A DNA stretch of 64,000 nt from Paraphysomonas bandaiensis. Lineage: Eukaryota > Protista > Chrysophyceae. Position numbers and translations under genes: made by a program. Of the stretch, positions 16,163 through 28,879 are shown piece after piece. Under the pieces are notes generated by a model that was not told where the DNA came from, did not search any database, and saw only the letters and a list, made by a program, of their open reading frames with translations. The DNA lies in NCBI GenBank assembly GCA_965644295.1, contig CBFFRP010000200.1, forward strand, positions 124,001-188,000, given 5' to 3'. Every line of letters starts with the position of its first letter. The stretch's first letter is position 1.

Positions 16163-16735
16163 TAGATATCCATTCCAAGAGATATGTCGGTGCGCATCTG
16201 CGTATAGCCGATAGTACACCACTCATCGGCTGAAGCCACCTTTCAATCCAATGATCCGATCACGGTAAAAACTCAGCAGCAGCTAGCTGAGCGATCTCTC
16301 GTAGGGTTCCACACGATAGATACCAGCTTAAAATAACAGCCAACTACAGGCTGTATTCCCAGTATACTGCTGTATAGGAGGAGTACTGTATTCTGAGTGT
16401 ATATGAATATGATGAGAGACGAAAAAAAAGGAAGTGGCCCGTCACCTAATGGTCTCCTGCCTGCCGGATTCGAACCAGCGACCATTGGATATCCTAAGTT
16501 ACAACCTCTACAGTCCAATGCTCTACCAACTGAGCTAAGGCAGGTGAGGGGCTATGATGAGGGTCATAAAATTATTATATAGAAAACAATGAATATGTAT
16601 ATACATGCATATGCGGACAAGTGTGTGTGTGTGTATATCAATACGTCAAGAAGAATTCTGATATGATCCAGTCCAGGAGCCCCACCTCTCACAGCATTCC
16701 ATGTGAGCAAGATCACGCTACACGCAGATCGCTTA
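16163..16735 (-). repeat. Inverted near-identical duplicate of 22423-23019
   Basis: Reverse-complement match; I saw one substitution and one 24-bp indel (22561-22584 is absent from this copy). Confidence 0.93.
16455..16544 (-). tRNA. tRNA-Tyr(GTA) with 17-nt intron (duplicated copy)
   Basis: Exact reverse complement of 22638-22727. Confidence 0.92.
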
Positions 16736-18857
16736 GCTGTTCTGCTAGGTGATATAGTGGAGCCTCTCTATCCGGGTGAGCGGAGGATGGTCTGATATTA
16801 GCGGAGAGTAAGCAGCCTGTATATCATGCGGATGATATGTGTGATGACGAGAGGGAGTGTTGCGATAGTGTGAAGTGGTATTATGGGACAGCAGATACAC
16901 CGAAAGATATGCTGATTCTTCTCTGTGGAAGATTCTATCTAAACGAGAAGCACTTCTCATCCTTCTATGTGCTCCATAACATTTCAATCAAGGACAGAGT
17001 ATTGCCTGATCTATTTATAAAATAGTACAAAAGCAAAGCCCACGCCAATGACAATCTTACAGCTTGCAATCTGCGAGAAGGGAGTTCAAAAGACCAGCTT
17101 TTTCTCTATTATGTAGGATTGACTGTGCAATATATTATCGAAAGGGATGGGCGAAATGCGTTGCGAAATTTGATTCATTTTTCGAACTTTAAAATGCATT
17201 ATGGAATATCTTTTCAAGCAGAATCGCGTTGGCGGTGACATGAAACGCAATTTCGAATTTTGTTTGCAAGTTAAGGAACAGGTATCAAGGCTCCTTTCAG
17301 TACCACAAACCCTACATGATTGGTTGCAGCGAGCTGGCGAATACGAGACGACTTTTAGACGCGCACTTCATTTACGCAACGGGGAAGGCCTACGTCAACA
17401 GCACTCATGGCATGATGGAAATATGTACCTTGAGTTCAAACCGCTGCGCAGATGACTATTCTCTCAATGAAGGCTATCTCTCTTCCGTTTTTTCACCTGC
17501 TCTTTAGCAGTGAAACAGAAGTGCTTTATACAGATCATTGATAATGCTATCGTGTACGCTCTCGTCGTCCTATGCATGTCATTATTGGGTTGTTTTTTGT
17601 TGCCAAGCTTGTGTCTGGATAGATGTATGAATGTATATGTACTTGAAAATTTCGATAAAAAGTTTTTCAGGTATATATTGCACAACGACAATTTAATAGA
17701 CAATGTCTATCTCGATGTCAGTACCCGTGTATCACATTACCTCGGAAGCTGATTGTAGCTCAGAATTTTCTTCATAGCTGGTCGGAGTATGCTGCCTAAC
17801 TTATTAGTACAAACTTTTTTGGGGTAGCTTTCGTTGAGGCTAATTGAAAACTATGAGATTGGGTTGGTGTCCCTGAAGGGTACAGCCGGAACAGAATTTC
17901 AAAATTTGCAAGCTAACAACCATTTTCCGATAAAGTATTGAACTCTAAGCACAAGGAAGCACAGGTAACAAAATTCCAAGTTATTTTTGGCAATATATTT
18001 TTAATGTTGTTGACATTAGTGTGGAACTTTATCTGACTGACAAAATAAGTCAGCTGTTAGCTCGTATTTTAATCAGATGACTCGTTAGAACAGTCAAAAT
18101 CAGTCCAGCCCATTTCATGATTCTCAGAGAACGACCAAAGTTAAAATTAAATGATTACTGTTATCGTATCTCGTGAATATGTATTCTAGGACCATGTCCT
18201 AGTACTGAATCGAGATTTTTTGCGTAGAATGTAGAATTTGATTGATCTTCAATTAGAAGCCGTATCTGCTATACTAATCAAGTAGTTTTTAATGAAAATA
18301 GATGAAATTTCAGAGATAATACTTGAAACTGTTTGATAAAGTGATTCTACTAACCATTCATTGAGGGAAGCATTATAGGTGTAATATAACCTAGTCATAC
18401 ACATATTTTGGAGTAAAACCTAGTCAAAGTAATAAATGATTCAACCTAGTCAACTTTAGTTATAAACCTAGTTATTAACTACCTTTTAAATAATAAATAA
18501 CAATGAAGTCACAGAGCAGGTAAAGTGAAACCAACGAAGCATAGATCAGATCAAAGCAAAGTTAGAAAACAGAAAGAGAGATAAATAGTAGCATATAGAC
18601 AGGAGTCCACCGCTAGAGTAGGTATGTAGTATGTAGATCTTTCGTTCTCATAACACAATCTTCATAATGTCCTTCAGTTCCCTTCGACAATGTCATAGAA
18701 GCTTACTGTCTGCGGGTCATCAGTGTCACTCAAGTTTACATCAATTACAATGCACAAATATGACTACAACACGCATAGCCTCACACACTACACAACATAC
18801 TGAAAGTGGTCGGTTACGAATCCAAACCGCATCTTGAAAGAATTTACAGCTCGTTTG

Positions 18858-19012
18858 TAAGAATATCTGTTTAATACATGAGAACGGTTGTGTTCAGAAA
18901 CTAGTTTTACATCTATAGACTAACTAATAACTGGGCTTGCTATTTACGACTAGTGGTGGGCAACCGTCTCGGGACTGCTTGTGCATCGCTGCGAGCACCA
19001 TGGTGCAACCAC
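18858..19012. repeat. Dispersed repeat modules
   Basis: 18858-18952 matches 54505-54603 and the reverse complement of 29820-29875. 18955-19012 is the reverse complement of 54075-54135. Confidence 0.7.
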
Positions 19013-19419
19013 AGCTCGTTTGATACATCACAACTAAAAGATTGTGAATGCCCACAAGAAGATACTTGCTCCACACCATCATACAAAAAAGTACTGGCTC
19101 GTAGGGCACCTAAACCTAAACGAGAGTTCCAACATTAATATAGATATTATAAGATATTTAAAGAAATATAGTTATAGAGCTTATCACTTATGGATCCCTC
19201 CAGCTCCAGTCAGTTTCAGAGAAAGAATAATTGTTCATCGAGGTCGTCGTCAGAATTCCAGATAATATATCGTCAGATCTTCCAATTCCCTTGAGAAAAA
19301 AACGATCATTGTGTGGAAAGTATATTAACCTACAACCCTTCATGACTATAATATACACTAATTTACAATGCTTTTCGATTTTTGTATCGTGAGAGCGTAT
19401 TTTAGTAGTTGGACATATA

Positions 19420-19855
19420 TAGAGCCAATGAATGTCTTAGTATTAGCAATAATAGGCATGTAAAAGTTAGTACTAATGTAGCAAAACAATTTAACTAACT
19501 AGTGCTTAACTCTGATATCCCACTATTTTGTGCTACGAAAGCTGCTTGTGCATCACCACTTTCGCTCTCTGTTCTTAAGGTAAACTAGCCTGGATGCTTG
19601 ACATCATCAGTAGGCACCCCAATACCCCGAATGCCCTTCCGGTGGGCCATTCCCTGATGCCTGTTTATTCATAAAAGGCTCTACACAAGTGACACTTATA
19701 TTTGTGTCTCTCTTGTACCACACAAGCATTTGGCTACGAGTGGGCAGAACAATATCTGCTGACTATATATGCGGCTCACGATAGTTTCCAGGAGAAATAT
19801 CTCCAGTACTTATTCCCATCACGAAAAGGTGCGAGTCCGACTTTTTTGAGGGTAC
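19420..19855 (-). repeat. Near-full (~450 bp) copy of the dispersed repeat family
   Basis: Colinear with 29190-29680 in the opposite orientation (AGTCGGACTCGCACCTTTTCGTG...GGGAATGGCCCAC...CACAAGCAGCTTTCGTAGC). Confidence 0.75.
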
Positions 19856-20245
19856 ATATATATATCATATTTCAATATAATATTACTTGTTATGATAGCT
19901 GATAATTGTATTTTGTCAGATTCAAAGCATTTAATAATTAAATAAATCTACTCTGGTATACGGTATACTGAAAATGGATATAACGTAAGAATTGATCATT
20001 TTCTTCCGTGTTGAAGAGCCAAGGGGAAGTTCCTAATCTAAGTGTTACCAGTATAATTAGATGAAATTATTTCATAAGCACGACTATATGTTGAAAAGAG
20101 ACCACACCATTATACTGAGCTGTTCGGTGAAAATAAATGATTCGTTGTTGGTATTTCGTAAGCTACACACGTTGACTGAAGGAACTATAAATCTACAAGC
20201 ATCCCTGCTTCTCTTGCCCCTCAAACATACTCGATGTTCAAATAG

Positions 20246-22413
20246 TTACATCATTGCCCCAAAGTTTTGTTGATATTCCTTGATCGCTTCACATTGTTCG
20301 GGAGTAAATATACCATTACTGTTTGACTGCATAAATTGAACAAGACTTGAAAGGCTGTCAAACACGTAAGCTAAAGAGAAGCAATTAGACAGATAATACG
20401 ACCTGACAATAGGTACAACATCGATGTTGAATTCCTGCTTGACTTGCTATAGCAGAATATATATATATTAGTTACTGTGAACACCATCTTATTATTCACA
20501 GTACCTGTATGGCAGATACGGGACTAACAGTATCTCCAATCAAGGATGATGACGCCGATCCCGTGGCCTCCTCTCTATCAAGAGCAACAGCAACGCCTAC
20601 CACTATTGCCCCACATTCCAATAGAGTTTCCATCGCCGCTCTTATGGCAGTACCTGCGGTAATAACATCGTCCACAATTAACACTCGTTTCCCAGATACA
20701 TCACTTCCAACAATACTTCCACCCTATATGAGAACAACATAAAACTATATACAACATAGATAGGACAACACACCTCGCCATGATCCTTCGGTTCTTTCCT
20801 GTTGTACGCGAACTCTTTGTCTTCCCCAAAGAAGGAGTACCATGCCGAAGCTACACCTGTAGCGAGAGGAATTCCTTTATAAGCGGGGCCAAAAACTATA
20901 TCAAAATCCATATTGGCTAGCTTGATGGCCTGCGCATAGTATCTACACAATGCTGCCATACTTCTTCCTCCATGGAAATTGCCTGCATTGAAAAAATACG
21001 GAGACAATCGACCAGATTTAAGGGTAAACGAGCCGAATTGGAGTACACGGTTGGTAATACAAAGTTCTAGAAACTCTTTCTGGTAAGTAAGAAGATCGTC
21101 ATTCTTGTTTCCTTGACTGATCTGAGATACACACTTCACTGCGCAACACAGAGATACAGTGATACATCCCACGCACCTTCTCGAATTGAGTGCTTTCAGC
21201 TTGCCCACTGACGTCTGCAATATAATCACCAAATATCTTCTTATCGTACTACAACTCACCTAGTCGCAACTCTTCTCTGACAGAATTTATTTTATCTCTC
21301 AACTCTCGGGCAATGTCGTCTGCAACTGAATCACCAAATATCTTCTTATTGCACTACGACTCACCTCGTCGCAACTCTTCTCTGACAGAGTTTATTTTAT
21401 CTCTCAACTCTCGGGCTATGTCGCCCATAGTTTTTCCCGATTCAAGTACGTCAGGATTAGATATGGCGCGCGAAACTGCTACCAGTAGTCCACTTCCATC
21501 CGTTCTTAGAGCTGCGCGACATACATCTTCCGCGTTCCCACCTTGCGCCCCCACCCCAGGACATAACAGCCACGCATCCGGAGCAAGCAATCGCACTTGA
21601 ACGAGAGACTTGATATCAGTGGCTCCAGTAACCATTCCGAGGCAGCAGTAAGGAGTGGTTGAATCAGACCATGCTGCCGTCTGCTGAGCCACCTGGAGAT
21701 GTGACAATAACTACATTACAGTACATACTGCTCATTGTTATATACGAAAACCTTCTCAAACAAGAGCATTCCATTCTTTAACTGTACCTCCTGAAATTCC
21801 TGTTTATAATCCATAGTTACTCATATGATTCAATTAAGCACTACCAACCCTGTCGAGCACTCACCACAGAAGAAGAATTCGAAGTTTTGCACAATACGAA
21901 AGCACCTCTGTCTTTGTATTCTTCAGTTACAAATGGTGCAATAGAATCCCACCCCATATATGGGCTTAGAGTAACGGCATCAGCTTTGCAGATGTCATAT
22001 GCAGCTTTGGCATAATGTGAGGCTGTGCTACCGATATCTCCACGCTTAACATCCAATATTATAGGGATGCCCATTTCATGCAGAGTGTTGCAAATCTGTC
22101 AGAAATTAAAAATATAACAGATAAGCATCTCCAGTAACCTGAGTGAGAACACGCACTCCATCAGCCCCTCGAGACTCGAAGAACGCTGCGTTCGGTTTAA
22201 AGGCAGCAGCGAACTCATGTGTCTCGTGAATGATATTCAAACAAAACTCAGATATAGCCTCTAGGGAGTGATCTTTGATCTGACAGACGGAGAGTCAAGC
22301 TATATATGTATGTACGTATATCTTACATGAGAGGGGTGAGGGTCCAGACCCACACACAGGAGACTGTTAACGGACTCCACTCGACACTGTAATCGTTCAA
22401 AGAAGGACTTCAT
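20246..22413 (-). CDS. UMPS: Bifunctional UMP synthase with inverse order: N-terminal OMP decarboxylase, C-terminal orotate phosphoribosyltransferase (multi-exon)
   Basis: Start MKSFFERL...VGLDPH. ODCase motifs [30 protein letters not shown]. OPRTase motifs [43 protein letters not shown]. The domains are joined in frame by phase-compatible GT-AG introns (21320-21364, 21215-21259, ~21122-21176). Confidence 0.92.
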
Positions 22414-22637
22414 GATGAATGATAAGCGATCTGCGTGTAGCGTGATCTTGCTCACATGGAATGCTGTGAGAGGTGGGGCTCCTGGACTGGATCATATCAG
22501 AATTCTTCTTGACGTATTGATATACACACACACACACTTGTCCGCATATGCATGTATATACGGTGTACAATGAAATACGTATTACATATTCATTGTTTTC
22601 TATATAATAATTTTATGACCCTCATCATAGCCCCTCA

Positions 22638-22727
22638 CCTGCCTTAGCTCAGTTGGTAGAGCATTGGACTGTAGAGGTTGTAACTTAGGATATCCAATGG
22701 TCGCTGGTTCGAATCCGGCAGGCAGGA
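22638..22727 (+). tRNA. tRNA-Tyr(GTA) with canonical 17-nt intron (22675-22691)
   Basis: Acceptor CCTGCCT/AGGCAGG plus discriminator A; D-arm GCTCAGTTGGTAGAGC; anticodon stem TTGGA/TCCAA with GTA; T-arm GCTGG-TTCGAAT-CCGGC; T-run downstream. Confidence 0.95.
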
Positions 22728-22955
22728 GACCATTAGGTGACGGGCCACTTCCTTTTTTTTCGTCTCTCATCATATTCATATACACTCAGAATACAGTACT
22801 CCTCCTATACAGCAGTATACTGGGAATACAGCCTGTAGTTGGCTGTTATTTTAAGCTGGTATCTATCGTGTGGAACCCTACGAGAGATCGCTCAGCTAGC
22901 TGCTGCTGAGTTTTTACCGTGATCGGATCATTGGATTGAAAGGTGGCTTCAGCCG

Positions 22956-24527
22956 ATGAGTGGTGTACTATCGGCTATACGCAGATGCGCACCGACATAT
23001 TTCTTGGAATGGATATCTAACATATGGAAGGATCCTGTGGAGTATGTGCAGGTGTTAGGTCTTGCTACCAGTGTTGTTGGAAGTGCCCTCTACCTTTACC
23101 GTTGGTACAACATCAATTTCTGTCTTTTGAATGAGGTCACATTTGTTGACTACTCTCGGAGTACTCACAGCCTAACAGACGTTGAGATGCTTGACTGCAT
23201 TGGGCGCGAGCAGATTGTTAATAGTGTGATCAATATAACCAGATTTATGAAGGGACAGTTTCTTTGTGTATGGGGTCATGATACAGCTGCAAATGATGTA
23301 TTGGTCCGACGAGCACTTATGGAGGCACAGTGCAGAGCAATACAATTAGATTTTCGTGGTGCAGTGTGGGCTGACAGCATGTCTGCTTGGATGAGTCGGT
23401 TAGAAAAAACTTCGAGTCCTATTCATTCTATGATACGCAAACTATCTCTCTTTGTGACTGGAAGTGGAGAGGAAGAAGACTTGGATGAAGAAGGGCCAGT
23501 GTCTGAGAGAACTCTTCTCCGGTTCAAAACTCTTATGTCCGAAAAAGCCAAATTTATAGAAAATGCTGCAATGCAACACAAAGATCGTCCTCTGGTGCTT
23601 TATGTTCGTGGTGTGGATTCGCTTTATAGAGGACGGTTAATGGGAGAGAATGCCAATCGCCGAAATACACTCGTGGAGCTGTATCTTGAACACCTTCTTC
23701 GCCTATCAGATGTCCCGACTGTACATGTGATTATATCTTGTAGCGATGTATTCTGGCTGCGTTGCTGGCTTCAATGTGACCCTGTATGGCGGCGAGGCCT
23801 AGCGCTGCACGTGGAGGCGTTTGCAAGCGGCAATAGTACTGTCATGCGCCTCTGGAATTGTATCAGGACCCTTCCTTCACATTGTCCCAGAATACCGGGA
23901 CTGCCGTCCCATGACCTTCCTTTTGAATGCTTCCAACGCATGCTTAACTATTGGGGACGAGGGTCAGCCGACTTGCTGCGAATCTACGCAGCAATGCTTG
24001 CAGGGGCTGCTGCCTCAACCGATGACTGCTGCATGTCGGGATCATTGTGCACTAATTCTGTGGATGCGCTTGCCGAATTAGATATTCGGAATACGACCCT
24101 ATGTTGGTCAGATCGCTCACGATTATCGTACGGGGAAGACAACGGGTGTTCCTTGTGGCGACGAAGAGCTCAGGTTATTGACATGCTTCTTTCTTCCAGT
24201 GGGTACACTGGCGAATGTGGGCTATCTCATGCCGCCACCATGATGGCAACGGCATGCATGCCTCGCCTCAGCGCAGATTTACTTTCCCGCAAGGACCCTA
24301 GACTGCTAGATTGTGCAATAGAAATGGTAGATCTGAGGCTACTCTGTGTGCACACCTCTTCTACTAACTGGACATATCCAACTGAATCACAGATCAGTAA
24401 GTGCGGGCAGTCTAAGGAATTGGAATTTCTCCCACTTTACTTTACTCCCCAACGGCCGATCGAGTTATTGGCCCTGCAGTATGTACTGCGTCCGTATTGT
24501 AAGAATGATACAGTAGAAGGTACTTAA
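22956..24527 (+). CDS. Intronless 523-aa protein with N-terminal TM segment and a probable degenerate P-loop (archaeal-ATPase/AAA-like) domain
   Basis: Long ORF with a TM segment near residues 28-48. Spacing of IGRE...LCVWG......LVRRAL...PLVLYVRGVD...VHVIISCSD resembles this ATPase family, but GKT and DE are missing. Confidence 0.6.
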   Translation: MSGVLSAIRRCAPTYFLEWISNIWKDPVEYVQVLGLATSVVGSALYLYRWYNINFCLLNEVTFVDYSRSTHSLTDVEMLDCIGREQIVNSVINITRFMKGQFLCVWGHDTAANDVLVRRALMEAQCRAIQLDFRGAVWADSMSAWMSRLEKTSSPIHSMIRKLSLFVTGSGEEEDLDEEGPVSERTLLRFKTLMSEKAKFIENAAMQHKDRPLVLYVRGVDSLYRGRLMGENANRRNTLVELYLEHLLRLSDVPTVHVIISCSDVFWLRCWLQCDPVWRRGLALHVEAFASGNSTVMRLWNCIRTLPSHCPRIPGLPSHDLPFECFQRMLNYWGRGSADLLRIYAAMLAGAAASTDDCCMSGSLCTNSVDALAELDIRNTTLCWSDRSRLSYGEDNGCSLWRRRAQVIDMLLSSSGYTGECGLSHAATMMATACMPRLSADLLSRKDPRLLDCAIEMVDLRLLCVHTSSTNWTYPTESQISKCGQSKELEFLPLYFTPQRPIELLALQYVLRPYCKNDTVEGT

Positions 24528-25187
24528 TATAACAATAGTATTGGTAAGTGAATTTAATCTATTTTAACGAACTACTAGCAGTTTAATCGTGTTCTACTAC
24601 TCCTATTGTTTCCTATCTAGTACACAGGAAACTATTGAAAGCGACTTATATGCGTGTATGTGTGTACAGTGTGCCTCATAAATATTACCAGATGCTAAAT
24701 GCTAAATGATCACATACCACATACATTGACAGTTAAGACTTGTGTTAATGTACTACTGACATGAATACATAGAAAGGACAGACAATTTGCACCAAATGAG
24801 CATACTATCACTGAGCATATTTTGAGCATATGAATGAGATAATTATGCCGGCACTCTCTGGCTTCAAGACGCAATTAGCAGTGTTTAGGAATGAGCATAT
24901 GAATTATGAATTCCCCTTGCATTCCTCGTTGGAAGCGTTGTCTGACTAGCAGGAAATTGTTAATTTCCGATTGTGATCATGTCACATTAAATAACTACGC
25001 CGATTCTCCCTTGACGATAAGCATACTGATTCTGGCAACAGTACTTGGTACTTGGCCGATAAGTGTTACAGAAACTACGTGCGCATGATCACTTGTAAAC
25101 ACTATGAATTATATACATCTGTACACACCGCTGAACTCGTATATTCCATCTACAAAGATGAAACCACTATCATATAGCATCATTTAT

Positions 25188-26231
25188 CTACAACTGAATA
25201 TTCACACTCAAGCCATCATATGCCAGTTGTATATCTATACCCTCTTCTGATTGCAGTAACTTCAGCTTTGTATTTACCTCTTCATGGTCGATACCTGAGC
25301 CCATCCCAACGAGTAGTGTACGCTTTGGCCTAATCTCTCTACATAGTGCTATCGCCTGATCGAGAGAAAAATGAGTTGGGTGTTGGTAATCAATGGCCAG
25401 GGCATCTACTATCAACAAATCTATCTCGCCCTGTTGCTTGATGGCCTGGAGGGAAGCTGGAATCATACGGCTAATATCCGATATGTAGCACAGTTTGTCC
25501 TGATTACCAAACACAAATCCCAGAGACTTTAAATCCTCACCATGCATGACAGGAAAAGGAAACACATTTAAACCATGAATATTGAACTTTTCATAGTACT
25601 CTATCGGTATGCACTTGATATTCGACACATGCCGCTTCACAGCACCTTCACTACATATTACACAGCGTGTCTTTCAAAAACAGCACATACCTGGTGTGTC
25701 ATCGGGAAATAGATAAAAAAATACCTTTCGTACGACCTTTTCGCAGTCCTGTGTTAAATATACGGGCATAGGCTCCGCACCATCGACGTTCTGTATACTT
25801 CTCACATCGTCCAAACCAAAAATTGCATCGGCATGACCATGAGTAAGTACAACTGCATCCACGTGCGTGACATGATTGGCGGGAAACCACCTCACAACCG
25901 ACTCCCGAAAAGTTTTCCCCATATCAACAACTATATTCTTCTCATCCTCATCGTGCTTATATCTGATGAGGATGGAAGGGTTGCACCTGTAGTTCTTATT
26001 AAAGCGAGGGTCACCAAGAGCAGCTTTTCTAGACACGAGATAGTTGTTGGTAAGTCTAGAGTTTTTCGGTGCATCTTTCATTAGATGTATGGGAATGGGG
26101 GTCCCGATTGAACTGCCAGTCCCCAAGAAGAGCACCTGACTGTCAGAGTGACTGAAATCACTGGATGCTGCACAGTACATGGCTCCCCAAAGAGCAAGAG
26201 GTTTCGCAGTGCGTCGGAAAATGGGTATCAT
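25188..26231 (-). CDS. Metallo-beta-lactamase-fold hydrolase (PhnP-like), 2 exons, possible organellar transit peptide
   Basis: FLGTGSSIGTP, RCNPSILI, VDMGKTFRE, THGHADAIFGLDD, VMHG, YISD, HPTHF, LAYDG. Confidence 0.88.
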
Positions 26232-26652
26232 ATGTGATAAAAAGGTTCTTCGACTTTAATGTAGTAAGCATTAGTCACATGGCGTGGGCAGACGTCACTG
26301 ATAAGATGCAGAGGGAGAGATGTGGATGCTGTTGTATATACAGACAGCATGACTTCTCTGTACACAAGTACACTCTCTCAAGTACATTGTACGTACCAGA
26401 AAACTAATAGTACACCAGTACACTATTGCGGTACATTCTCCTTACACTACAGTATTGTGAAAATACTGCGACAAGAATACATTGTTCGAGAATATGGAGA
26501 ACACACCCAACACACCAGACCCTCCGCATACTGCATACATACACCCCTAGAGCTCTAGGATGACCAGAGGTTGAGGTCCAGGTATACGTCCATAGTGAAG
26601 AGAACGATCTCTACAAGTGGTGACTAGGATATTGCAACTAATATCTAATCCA

Positions 26653-27342
26653 ATGGAATGGTATATTGGTACCGCTTGCATGATTATTGCATTTGCATGC
26701 AGTTTTTTGTTTTGGAGTTGGTATTCTCAGCGTAATAAAAACGAAGAAGAGTTTAATTTTCAACCTGACGACGTTAATAATAATGCAGATCCAGCAGCTA
26801 TAGATAAACTCTTTTCCAAAAATGATGGTGATGTATTAGCTGGAGAAACAAAAAACTATTCATGGACTCAGAATGACAAAGAAGTGGAAGTCTATGTCAA
26901 AGTCGAGGATACAGTGCGCGGTAAAGATGTCAAATGTGAAATATTACCGGACAGTTTGTCCCTGTCGATCAATGGCGAACTACTTATTGACGGCTATTTT
27001 TATGCCAACGTTATCCCCGATGAATGTAATTGGCAGATTGGTATAGATTTCAAACTATTCGAAACTGCGCGTTAAAATTATGCATTTAGATGGCGATGGC
27101 GCTGAACGCAGAGTTTGGATTAGTTTGTACAAAGAAACCCCGACAACCCGAAATCAGCATTGGAAATGTGTACTAGAGGGTGATGAGGAAATTGATGTAT
27201 CCGGTCTAGGACCTCCAGTACATCACATTGATGTCAACGATAAGAATTCTCTACATTCAGCGTTAGACAAGGTTAACTTTGCGCATACATATGGACATGC
27301 ATTGTAAACTTTGTTTTGCAGGTTTCGCGGTACAAAAAGTGA
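26653..27342 (+). CDS. Membrane-anchored CS (p23/NudC-like) domain protein, 3 exons
   Basis: N-terminal TM segment; YSWTQNDKEVEVYV...KDVKCEI....LSL...ECNWQI..., then WKCVLEGDEEID. Confidence 0.82.
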
Positions 27343-28879
27343 TCTTGATTAAAAGGTTATATATAGTATGATTGATCGGAACTGCTAAATATTATAATAT
27401 TTTAGCGCGACTCCGTCGAATTTTTTTTATCAGAACCGTCACACGACTAATATAATACACCAATTTCAAATGCACTAACGGTACACCAAAATGCGTGTTA
27501 TATAGTTTTTTACATTATTGGTTCAGCATACTTAACTCTTTCTCGTGTCACAAATTGTTCCCTACACCGCCTACACCCTACCCCAATAGGGGTATTCATA
27601 TATGCGGTACTTGTAGCGCTCAATTCTCAGTAGGCGCTAAATATCTTGAAACACACAACAGAATTATCAGGATATATAACACCAAAACGGAAATTACGCA
27701 TCAAAACTTTAGAGAACTCTGATGTACCGGTTATCGGTTATATTGTTTAGAATTACCTGAATATTGTTTTATCCCCATTTTGACCTGATTTTGTCTCAAC
27801 AGGGCGCTCATATCAACACCGGGAAAATTTAGACATTCAACTTCAATATTCGATTCAACAGAAGCTCACCTATCCTAAGTATGGTAATAACAGTCATATG
27901 TACGTGATTTCATTATAGTCCACACAAAACCACAATCATGAGCAAAATACCAAGAGCAGATCATCTAACACTCCAAGTTATATTCCATACTTCGACTGCT
28001 GTATAAGATCACAACGATGTCAGTGCAAGTGATCTGTCTTCATATCCAGGACTTCGAAACAACTTCAAGAACATTACAGGACAGTTTAAGTACCATATTA
28101 TCTGATGCTATAATGGTGGTTAGGAGCAGCGGCACCCAGTTCTTTCAGGGTTTGAGCCATATCGTGCTTCTCATGATATTGTGTGCCTCATATCATACAC
28201 ACATCATTCGATCAGGTGCACTTGAAGAGGTAGAGCCTGCTGTATATAAATGTGATGATGATGCTAATTAAGGGAATAAGAAGCCTCTCTTTCACCTTCT
28301 TCAACTGTTCACATTCATCATCACACTTACAGTATACATATCCTTGATTCGAAAAAATATGAGTTCTCATTTGTGTTCTTAATGTTAATCAGGGAACATC
28401 TATTTCTTAATACAGCAAACATGCTACAAATAGCTATACAATCTAATATAAACTTTTCAACGCCATGAGGATAAACTCTCGTTTCAAAATTTTGAGCGCC
28501 GCGGGACGATATAGCCTCCTTATTGCCCGTGGTTAAGTAAAACTATATGGCAACACTCTTTTATAGAGAAGGGCTGTGCAGCAAATGTGCAGCAAATTGT
28601 CAGTTATTGAAATTGGGACAGCAAACAATAATTGTCAATTAAATGCAATTGATTAGAATATTTTTAGTTCCATCAATTTAAGTGCGTGTATTAGTTACTT
28701 AGTTACTGCACATAATCATAAGTGGTGAACTACACATAGCTAATTAAACATTCAAACTTCAAATGTGTTCATTCCGAAAACAAATTAGGGATTATAAGAT
28801 TCACTGAGCTGCTGCCCAAAAGTCTGCCCAAAAGTCAGACAACAGCAGAATTACTCATGATGGCCGATATACATCTTTC

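Noticed and set aside
16273-16582. Identical 81-aa and 61-aa ORFs here and at 22600-22909
   Set aside because: They are translations of the tRNA gene and its flanks within the duplicated segment.
19560-19665. Possible hammerhead ribozyme on the minus strand (CTGATGA within a three-stem fold)
   Set aside because: The GAAA core position reads GGGA, stem II does not form in register, and the sister copy at ~29400-29470 lacks CTGATGA.
27900-28520. Coding-like decayed DNA (also 16740-17500, 19020-19330, 54900-55340, 60600-60830)
   Set aside because: No motif I could assign with confidence; a translated search is needed.
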